DNA from: Flavobacteriales bacterium | Lineage (GTDB): Bacteria > Bacteroidota > Bacteroidia > Flavobacteriales_D > UBA2798 | NCBI GenBank assembly: GCA_035628535.1 | Contig: DASPJQ010000071.1 | Location: 1-38,207 of the forward strand | Length of the DNA stretch: 38,207 bases | Direction: 5' to 3' | Shown here: piece after piece, positions 1 through 7,382 of the stretch | How positions within the stretch are numbered: the first letter of the stretch is position 1 | Layout: the number at the start of each line of letters is the position of its first letter | Position numbers and translations under genes: made by a program | Notes under the pieces: generated by a model | Databases searched by the model: none | What the model was told of the DNA's origin: nothing | The model's input: only the letters and a program-made list of their open reading frames with translations

Positions 1-2
1 GG

Positions 3-878
3 TTGCTGCACAAAATTTCTTTTTCCTCGTTGCGCAATAATAACGGAGAGTATATTGCCAACCGGTATCAATTGCATGCACTCACTACAACAGCTTCTCT
101 TTTATCGCCTGCGCCCACGTTCTTTGATCCGTCCAAATCAATCATGGCTCTGTTTGGTGGCGTAAAGTACACTACCGATGAAACTAAAAATGAGGTATGG
201 AAATATTTACCAGGGACTATGAGCGAGGCCAATAACATTAAAAAAACCATTGATAAAAGCGGTTTGACTGCCAGCGCCTATACCGGTATTGATGCTTCTG
301 AAAAAAACATAAAATCACTTGACGGAAAAAAATCGCCAGACGTGTTGCATGTAGCAACGCACGGGTTCTTTTTTGGTGACCCCGAAGAAACCAAAAAACA
401 GGTACATGTTGAAACGGCCGATGTGGACTTCAGGGGCGGATCACGCGGTACAAAAACCCTGGTTGAAAACAGCAACCCGTTAATGCGTAGCGGTATTGTT
501 ATGGCAGGCGCAAACGATATCTGGAATGAAAACAATACCGGGGAAGAAGATGGGGTGCTTACCGCGTATGAAGTTTCCCTTATGAATTTGCAAAATACAA
601 AATTGACCGTACTCTCGGCCTGCGAAACAGGTTTGGGCGATATTAAGGGCAGTGAAGGGGTTTATGGTTTACAACGCGCTTTTCGCATAGCAGGTGTAAA
701 GCAACTCATCATGAGTTTGTGGCAAGTGCCCGATAAAGAAACCGAGGAGTTTATGGTGACTTTTTATACCAACCTGGTTAAGGTTAAAAATACCGGCCAG
801 GCTTTTGAAATGACCCAAAAAACCATGCGCGCCAAATACGAACCGTACTATTGGGGAGCTTTTGTGCTGGTGGAATGA
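3..878 (+). CDS. CHAT domain-containing protein, C-terminal part (the 5' end lies outside the window)
   Basis: The ORF is open from the window edge. It has caspase-like His and Cys motifs (HVATHGFF, LSACETG) followed by LQRAF..AG and SLWQVPD, which is the usual CHAT domain layout. Confidence 0.8.
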   Translation: MLHKISFSSLRNNNGEYIANRYQLHALTTTASLLSPAPTFFDPSKSIMALFGGVKYTTDETKNEVWKYLPGTMSEANNIKKTIDKSGLTASAYTGIDASEKNIKSLDGKKSPDVLHVATHGFFFGDPEETKKQVHVETADVDFRGGSRGTKTLVENSNPLMRSGIVMAGANDIWNENNTGEEDGVLTAYEVSLMNLQNTKLTVLSACETGLGDIKGSEGVYGLQRAFRIAGVKQLIMSLWQVPDKETEEFMVTFYTNLVKVKNTGQAFEMTQKTMRAKYEPYYWGAFVLVE

Positions 879-995
879 TTGCTGATTACTTTTTGTTTAC
901 AGTATGAAAATCGCTAGCAGATTTTTAAACATCAGCCCCCTGTGCAACCTGCATGATCAGCGCGAGAAAAATACTTCCCTGAGCGGTTGAGTTTT

Positions 996-2090
996 TTAAT
1001 TTGGAAGCGAAAAATAAAACGTTGCGCCCTTATCCACTTCGCCTTCGGCCCAAACCTGCCCGCCATGGCGTGTAATAACGCGTTGTACAATAGCCAGGCC
1101 TATGCCGATGCCTTGAAATTCATTTGTTGAATGCAGCCGCTGGAAAACACCAAACAATTTGTTTTTGTATTCCATGTTGAAGCCAACCCCGTTGTCCTTC
1201 ACAAAATAAATATTCTCGCTTTGACCATTTCGGGCTCCTATTTCAATTCTTGCGTTTTCTTTTTTTGAGGAATATTTTACTGCATTGGAAATAAGGTTTA
1301 CAAAAACCTGGTTCAGCAATGCACCATCGCCTTTTGCGGCCGGTAGTTCAGCAATGCTCCAATCCAGGTTATCAATGGCGGGTTGGTTTTTAAATTCATC
1401 CACCACGTGCGTTAACAATTGGTTCATGTCAACCGTTGTTTTTTTTATTTCCTTTCGTCCCATTAATGAAAATTCAAGTAAGCTGTCAATAAGCTTGTTC
1501 ATTTTTAATGCGTTTTCAATGACTGAATTTAATATCCTGTTACCCTCAGCGTCCAAAACCTCGCTGTAATCTTCACGCAATATGGCCGAATAACTGTTTA
1601 TACTCCGTAAAGGAGCTTTCAAATCATGCGAAACCGAATAGGAAAAAGCTTCAAGTTCTTCGTTTTTGCTTTTAAGGTCACTGTTCAGCTGGACCAGGGC
1701 CAGCTCCTGTTGATGCTTGTCAATAAAAAATTTCACTTTATTAATGAGTATTTCCGGTTGAAAGGGTTTAGTGATAAAACTAAAAGCTCCCTTTTCATAG
1801 CCTTTAAATACATTCAGGTTATCAGTATACACGGCCGAAATAAATATGAAAGGCATATTCATTGTTTTTTCTTCCTCGCGTAAAATACCGGCCAGCTCAT
1901 AACCGTCCATTTCGGGCATTTGTATATCAAGCAATGCCAAAGCAAAATTATGGTGAAGCGTGGCTTTTAAAGCCTCATTGCCACTGGTGGTCTCAACAAG
2001 TTCAATGTCCAGGTCCTTCAACACGGTGCGCAAAGCCACCAGGTTTTCGGGACGATCATCAACAATAAGGATTTTAGGTCTTGTATTCAT
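996..2090 (-). CDS. Response regulator-histidine kinase fusion (REC-HisKA-HATPase_c)
   Basis: N-terminal REC (ILIVDDRPEN, LALLDIQMPEMDG, KP). H-box SHDLKAPLRS, N-box NLISNAVKYS, G1 DNGVGF, G2 GIGIGLAIV. The start lies 18 nt after the stop of the upstream hybrid kinase. Confidence 0.9.
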   Translation of the reverse strand: MNTRPKILIVDDRPENLVALRTVLKDLDIELVETTSGNEALKATLHHNFALALLDIQMPEMDGYELAGILREEEKTMNMPFIFISAVYTDNLNVFKGYEKGAFSFITKPFQPEILINKVKFFIDKHQQELALVQLNSDLKSKNEELEAFSYSVSHDLKAPLRSINSYSAILREDYSEVLDAEGNRILNSVIENALKMNKLIDSLLEFSLMGRKEIKKTTVDMNQLLTHVVDEFKNQPAIDNLDWSIAELPAAKGDGALLNQVFVNLISNAVKYSSKKENARIEIGARNGQSENIYFVKDNGVGFNMEYKNKLFGVFQRLHSTNEFQGIGIGLAIVQRVITRHGGQVWAEGEVDKGATFYFSLPN

Positions 2091-2108
2091 CTTGAATTCT
2101 TTATTTTT

Positions 2109-5100
2109 TTATTTACTTAACCATATACGCATTAATGACAAAAGTCTTTCCACATCAACCGGCTTCGATATATAGTCATTTGCACCTGCATCAATGCATT
2201 TTTGCCTGTCTTCTTTCATGGCCTTGGCGGTTAAGGCTATAATGGGAAGTTTTTTAAATTCTTCACGCATCCGAATACGTTTCATGGCTTCATACCCGTC
2301 CATTTCGGGCATCATTATGTCCATCAATACCATATCAATGTCTTTGTGCATTTCCAGCATATCAATTGCGTTTTTTCCATTGTCGGCTTTAATGACATGC
2401 ATATGGCGTTCGCGCAATATTTTTGATAAGGCAAATACATTTCGCATATCATCGTCAACCACCAGTATTTTCCTGTCTTGAAAAACGGCTTCTTTATCGT
2501 AAAGGCTATTGATGATGGCTTGCTTTGACGGGGGCAGGTTGGTGATGGTACGGTGCAAAAACAAAGCTGTTTCGTCCAGGAGGCGGTCTTCTGATTTTAC
2601 GCCTTTAATAATAATTGTTTCAGCATATTTTTGCAATTCATCGTTTTCTTCACGCGTTAGATCTTTGCCTGTGTAAATAATTATAGGCGGGATACTTTTT
2701 TCTTTGAACGCCTCCAGTTTATAAATAAGTTCAAAGCCGGTCATATCGGGCAAACCAATGTCCAAAACAATGCAATCAATGTGGTTTTGCTTGTACAGGT
2801 CCAACGCTTCGGAAGCTGTTGCTGCTTCCAGGCATTTTACATCACCGTTTCCAATCAGTTTACGTGTGGCCTTTCGCGAATTTTCGTCATCTTCCACGAT
2901 CAACAGGTTTTTCATTTTGCGGCTTACAAAATTTTCTATCCTGTTAAAAGCATCTTCAAGGTCTTTTTTATTGACTGGTTTCATAAGGTATTCAATGGCC
3001 CCGTTTTTTATAGGTTCCAGCGAGCGTTCGTTCACTGAAATAATGTGTACCGGTATGTGCCGTGTTTGCGGGTTGGCTTTAAGTTCATTTAAAACCTGCT
3101 GTCCATGTATGCCTGGTAAATCCAAATCAAGTATAATGGCGTTGGGTTTATACCTGGCGGCAAGTTTCAGGCCATCTTCACCGGTTGCTGCCGATAAAAA
3201 CTTAAACCCTTTTTTCCCGGCTTGTTTGGCAAGGATTGCTGCAAATTTTAAATCATCCTCAATAATCAACAGCACGGTGTCTTTATCTGATATGCGCATG
3301 CGATCATCTTCCAGGGCAGGGTATTCCAGGTATTTTGATGTTTTTGGCTGGTTATAATTATCGCCCATAAGTTTTTGAACCGGCTCTTTTTCAAAACCAC
3401 CGGAAAACGTTGTGTTGAACGGAAGGATTACTGAAAAAACCGAACCTTTATTTACCTGGCTTTCCAGTTTAATTTCGGCACTGAGTAATTTTGCGAGTTC
3501 GCGCGAAATGGAAAGTCCCAGGCCGGTACCGCCATACTTACGGGAAGTGCCTCCGTCAGCCTGCTGAAATGCTTCAAAAATCACCTGACGTTTTTCTTCA
3601 GGAATGCCAATGCCGGTATCGGCAACCGAAATAATAAGAGCATTATGCGTGTAAAGGCGCGCCTGTATGGTTACACTTCCGCGATCAGTAAATTTAATGG
3701 CGTTTGAAACCAGGTTTTTTAATACCTGGTTAAGTCGTTGCGCATCGGTTTTAATGGTTTCAGGTATTCCGTGATCAAGCATCAGTTTCAATTCAATTCC
3801 TTTTTGTTCGGCATGGTGTTTAAAATAGCGCACAAGTTCATTCATTAAGTTGCTCACCGCAACATTTTCAATGTTCAACGACATTTTACCCGCCTCAATT
3901 TTTGATAAATCCAGCACTTCGTTGATCAATGTCAACAGATCAGTACCGCTTTTATAGATTATTTCAGCACTTTCAACCTGCTCGTTATCCAGGTTTTTTT
4001 TCTTGTTTTCCGAAAGGTCTTTTGACAAAATAAGCAAACTGTTCAATGGCGTTCGCAATTCGTGGCTCATGTTTGCGAGAAACTCCGATTTATATTTGCT
4101 GCTTATTTCAAGTTGTTTTGTTTTTTGTTCAATGTCGTATTTGGCGTCTTCAATTTCTTTATTTTTCATTTCAAGAGCCTGTGTCTGTTCTTCCAATTCC
4201 TCATTGGTTATTTGCAGTTCTTCCTGCTGCTGTTTTAAGCTTTGGGCCTGTTCCTCCAGTTCTTCGTTCACCTGCCTTAGTTCTTCCTGCTGGCTTTGCA
4301 GTTCTTCGCTTTGCACCTGGGTTTCTTCCAGAAGTTGCTGAATGCGCTTGCGGGCAATGGCTGAATTTATGCTTATGGCAATGCTTTCCATGCAATTGTC
4401 AAGGAATTCCAGTTCGGTTTCTGAAAATTCATTTAAGCTGCCTATTTCAATTACACCAAGTGTTTTCCCCTCAAACAAAAAAGGTTTAACCAGTAATTGC
4501 CTGGGTTTTGCATTCAATACACCTGATACAATGCGCAGTTCTTCTTCTTTCACATCATTTATTACCAATTGGTTTTGTTTCCTTGCTGCCTGGCCTACCA
4601 GTCCTTCATTTAACGAAAATTCTTTTTTGGCCTTATCAACGCCCTGAAAAGCGTATTGTCCTTCAAGTGTCAGCAACGCGCTTTTATCATCAACCAGGTA
4701 AACGGCCCCAATACCTGCATTGAGGTACGAACACAAAAATTCAATTGTATTGCCGGCCAGCTCCTGGATTGTTTGATCGCCACGCAACTTTTCATTTAAC
4801 TGGTTTTGGCCTGTAGTAAGCCAATTATGTTTTTCATTGGCGGCAGTTGTTTCACGCAACGAAAAGGTCATTTTCTTCAATGCCTGGCCCAATATGTCCT
4901 TATCCGATAAAGGTGAAAAATCGGTTGAATAATTACCCTGCGCAACCTGGTTGGCATTTTGGGTAACCTCCCTGAAGCTGTCATTTATGCGTGCAAGCGA
5001 GTCAACAATGGGTTTTAATTCATCGCTTATATCATTCTGCAGCGTTTCAAAGCCATGCGACCTTGACGCTATTTTTTGCGCTTCGGCTGAAATGCCGGCA

Positions 5101-5741
5101 ATGCGTTTAACAACACTTTTAATAATCCAATATGATATTAGTACTGCAATTATAGCCCCAACAACAATAAGTATGACTACGAGCACTAAAGCATTATTAT
5201 AAGCCCTGCTGTTTTCTTCCTTATCATTCAGCATGGCTTTTGTATTCTTGTCAATGAGCCGCTGCAATTGAGCAATGGCCATATCACGCACCTTTAAACC
5301 GCGGTCAACCGAAATTTTAAAAGCTTTATCATCTTCGCTTTTTACAGCCAGTGAAATAATTTCTTTTAAATCGTCTTTGTAACCATACCATGTCTCTTTA
5401 AATTCTTTTAAAATTTTTCCTCCTCCGGCATCAACAAGGTCCTCCAGTTCATTCATTTTTTTGTCAATTTCAGCAAGGGCTGCATAAATGCGCATGCGGT
5501 AATATTCTTTTTGTGACGGGTCTTTTTCCAGTATAATGTTTTTTTCATGTCTTCCGGCATCCAGCAGGGCAATCATTATTTCATCGGACAGGATGATTTT
5601 TTTAGCCGATTGGTCGGCAATATTCGTGAGCCGCTGGTTAGACTCTGAAATTTTTCCTGACATAAAAAATGCCGTTCCAATAAGCAGTGCCACCAAAAGC
5701 GTAAATCCTGCAAGTAATCGTGTGCGTATTGTAAAATTCAT
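2109..5741 (-). CDS. Hybrid sensor histidine kinase: TM, four-helix-bundle sensor, TM, HAMP, GAF, coiled coil, HisKA, HATPase_c, then three REC domains
   Basis: 1210 aa. Two TM segments flank about 160 aa of helical sensor, as in 4HB_MCP-type receptors. A GAF-like region is present (GIGAVYLVDD...GLVGQAA). H-box MSHELRTPLNS, N-box NLVSNAIKFT, G1 DTGIGI, G2 GGTGLGLSI. The three REC domains have acceptor Asp contexts ILDLDLPG, VLDIGLPDMTG and LMDIMMPEMDG. Confidence 0.9.
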   Translation of the reverse strand: MNFTIRTRLLAGFTLLVALLIGTAFFMSGKISESNQRLTNIADQSAKKIILSDEIMIALLDAGRHEKNIILEKDPSQKEYYRMRIYAALAEIDKKMNELEDLVDAGGGKILKEFKETWYGYKDDLKEIISLAVKSEDDKAFKISVDRGLKVRDMAIAQLQRLIDKNTKAMLNDKEENSRAYNNALVLVVILIVVGAIIAVLISYWIIKSVVKRIAGISAEAQKIASRSHGFETLQNDISDELKPIVDSLARINDSFREVTQNANQVAQGNYSTDFSPLSDKDILGQALKKMTFSLRETTAANEKHNWLTTGQNQLNEKLRGDQTIQELAGNTIEFLCSYLNAGIGAVYLVDDKSALLTLEGQYAFQGVDKAKKEFSLNEGLVGQAARKQNQLVINDVKEEELRIVSGVLNAKPRQLLVKPFLFEGKTLGVIEIGSLNEFSETELEFLDNCMESIAISINSAIARKRIQQLLEETQVQSEELQSQQEELRQVNEELEEQAQSLKQQQEELQITNEELEEQTQALEMKNKEIEDAKYDIEQKTKQLEISSKYKSEFLANMSHELRTPLNSLLILSKDLSENKKKNLDNEQVESAEIIYKSGTDLLTLINEVLDLSKIEAGKMSLNIENVAVSNLMNELVRYFKHHAEQKGIELKLMLDHGIPETIKTDAQRLNQVLKNLVSNAIKFTDRGSVTIQARLYTHNALIISVADTGIGIPEEKRQVIFEAFQQADGGTSRKYGGTGLGLSISRELAKLLSAEIKLESQVNKGSVFSVILPFNTTFSGGFEKEPVQKLMGDNYNQPKTSKYLEYPALEDDRMRISDKDTVLLIIEDDLKFAAILAKQAGKKGFKFLSAATGEDGLKLAARYKPNAIILDLDLPGIHGQQVLNELKANPQTRHIPVHIISVNERSLEPIKNGAIEYLMKPVNKKDLEDAFNRIENFVSRKMKNLLIVEDDENSRKATRKLIGNGDVKCLEAATASEALDLYKQNHIDCIVLDIGLPDMTGFELIYKLEAFKEKSIPPIIIYTGKDLTREENDELQKYAETIIIKGVKSEDRLLDETALFLHRTITNLPPSKQAIINSLYDKEAVFQDRKILVVDDDMRNVFALSKILRERHMHVIKADNGKNAIDMLEMHKDIDMVLMDIMMPEMDGYEAMKRIRMREEFKKLPIIALTAKAMKEDRQKCIDAGANDYISKPVDVERLLSLMRIWLSK
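4140..4345 (-). repeat. Degenerate in-frame repeat encoding a heptad-spaced EEL array inside the hybrid kinase
   Basis: Hand translation gives SEELQSQQEELRQVNEELEEQAQSLKQQQEELQITNEELEEQTQALEMKN. At DNA level, cagttcttc-type units recur. The low complexity produces spurious ORFs on both strands (4003..4489 +, 4201..4395 -). Confidence 0.6.
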
Positions 5742-6325
5742 AATTTTTTAAGCTGGTTGTGTTTGTCAATTCTTATAAGCAAGGCCACTATTTCCCCGAG
5801 TGATAAAACATAATCAGGTTTGACCGCGGCAAGTGCGGCCTCAGGCATTGCGGGCGATTCAGCCGTTTGCGGGTCCTGTACAATTACAAGCCCTCCGTTT
5901 TCTTTCACTTTTAACAGGCCGTTTGCTCCATCATTATTGGATCCGGTAAGCGTTATACCAATCAAACTGGCTGAATAGGCGATTGCTGCCGACTCAAACA
6001 GCACATCAATACTGGGCCGTGAGAAATTTACGCGTTCATCAACAGTCAACGAAAGTGTACGGTCCTTTTCAATCAGCAAATGGTAATTAGGAGGGGCAAT
6101 ATATGCTGTGCCCGGTTTTATTTTTTCTTTTTCATCGGCTTCCTTGATATGTATCTCGCTTTGACTGTCCAGGATTTCAATCCATTTTCCATCGGAGCGG
6201 GCTCCTATGTGTTGTACAACTACAAAAGGTAGGGCGAAACCGGCTGGCAGTGCGCAAAAGATATTCCGCATGGCGTTCATGCCGCCTGCTGAAACCCCCA
6301 TTACAATAGCTTCATACCGTTTCAT
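5738..6325 (-). CDS. cheB: Protein-glutamate methylesterase, CheB catalytic domain only (no receiver domain)
   Basis: 195 aa. Motifs MGVSAGG, VVVQHI and TGSNNDGANGL match the CheB Ser/His/Asp esterase domain. A 4-nt ATGA overlap joins it to the kinase start. Confidence 0.85.
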   Translation of the reverse strand: MKRYEAIVMGVSAGGMNAMRNIFCALPAGFALPFVVVQHIGARSDGKWIEILDSQSEIHIKEADEKEKIKPGTAYIAPPNYHLLIEKDRTLSLTVDERVNFSRPSIDVLFESAAIAYSASLIGITLTGSNNDGANGLLKVKENGGLVIVQDPQTAESPAMPEAALAAVKPDYVLSLGEIVALLIRIDKHNQLKKL

Positions 6326-6328
6326 GCG

Positions 6329-7152
6329 TCAATACTTTTTCTTAAATATGCGTTGCTTCTTGTCAAACACCGTATAGGCCTCATGCAAATCGGTAAAGCG
6401 CAACCCTTCTTTTGATCCTAGGCATAAAATGCCTCCGTGGGCAAGGCTGTCGTGAAATAATTTCTGTACCTTGTTTTGCAGTTCTTTTTCAAAATAAATA
6501 AGTACGTTACGGCAAAGTATAAGGTTTACCTCTGCAAATACGCTATCGGTAACCAGGTTATGGTTTGCCCATACAATATTTTTTTTAGTGCCTGGTTCAT
6601 GATCACGTTATCGTAACTTGAAATATAATAATCGCTGAAACATTCTTTCCCGCCCGCCAGCAGGTAATTGGTAGTATATTCTTTCATCGATGCGTTTGAA
6701 AAGATCCCTTCGCGCGCCTGGTCAAGCGCAAGCTGGTTGAAATCGGTGGCGTATAAAACAGTGCGTTCATAAAGCCCCTCTTCGTGCAATAGAACAGCCA
6801 TTGAATAGGCTTCTTCACCGGTGGAACACCCGGCATGCCATATTTTCAAAAAAGGATATGTTTTTAACAGTGGAACCACGTTATTTCGCAGGGACCGGTA
6901 AAACTCCGGGTCGCGGAACATTTCGGTGACCGTGATGGAAAGGTCCTGTAAAAATTGTGCGGCAAACGATTTTTCCTCCAGTATTTTTGTTTGCATTTGT
7001 GCAATGCCGCTTAAGCCTGAAAGGGTCATGCGGTTTAAAATGCGCCTTCTCACGTGCGCTCTGGAATATTGCCTGAAATCATATCCATATTTCTGGTATA
7101 CATTTTCAAGCAAGCTGTTTATTTCAGCATCAACCAGCATATGGGGTTTCAT
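6329..7152 (-). pseudogene. cheR: CheR-type protein-glutamate O-methyltransferase, interrupted by a 1-nt frameshift in an A8 tract (T8 on the + strand, 6579..6586)
   Basis: The N-terminal 200+ aa (ORF 6526..7182) carry CheR motifs (TEMFRDPEFY, IWHAGCSTGEEAYS). The next frame from 6578 to the TGA at 6329..6331 hand-translates to NIVWANHNLVTDSVFAEVNLILCRNVLIYFEKELQ...DKKQRIFKKKY, a canonical CheR C-terminus. One extra A would fuse the two parts. The likely start is MKPHML at 7152. Confidence 0.8.
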
Positions 7153-7249
7153 GATCCGCAAAACTATAAGGCGTATAAACATTACGCGTTTTTTCCTGAC
7201 AACCAGGGGGCATTTGAAAAAATTGTATAGACAGGTATTCGCGTGTTTT

Positions 7250-7257
7250 CAAATATA
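7250..7257 (-). promoter_or_regulatory. Candidate Bacteroidota sigma-A -7 box (TATATTTG) upstream of the cheR operon
   Basis: Exact match to TAnnTTTG on the minus strand, about 70-100 nt upstream of the candidate cheR starts. This rests on motif match and position only. Confidence 0.3.
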
Positions 7258-7279
7258 TAAAAACCAACCTACAAAATCA

Positions 7280-7301
7280 ACCGTAAAAATACGGTGTTTT
7301 T
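7280..7301. terminator. Short hairpin between the Na/Pi transporter gene and the cheR operon
   Basis: ACCGTA-AAAA-TACGGT, followed by GTTTTTT on the + strand and TGATTTTG on the minus strand. The stem is only 6 bp. Confidence 0.3.
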
Positions 7302-7382
7302 TGCGTAGAAATACGGGGTTTTTGTAAACTAAAACAATTCATTATTGTCTTCATGCGACCAATTCATGGCACAGGGAGCTGC

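Noticed and set aside
2758-3357. A 199-aa + strand ORF, with several others at 2194..2481, 2781..3038, 4951..5202 and 5536..5751, antisense to the hybrid kinase gene
   Set aside because: It lies entirely inside a well-supported 1210-aa gene on the other strand. The composition is Ser/Phe/Leu-rich and low in complexity, typical of shadow ORFs, and no motifs are present.
4003-4647. A cluster of overlapping ORFs on both strands (4003..4341 +, 4046..4489 +, 4201..4395 -, 4342..4647 +) with Ser/Cys-rich or Ala/Gly/Arg-rich products
   Set aside because: They are artefacts of the degenerate repeat that encodes the EEL coiled coil. The repeat keeps alternative frames open.
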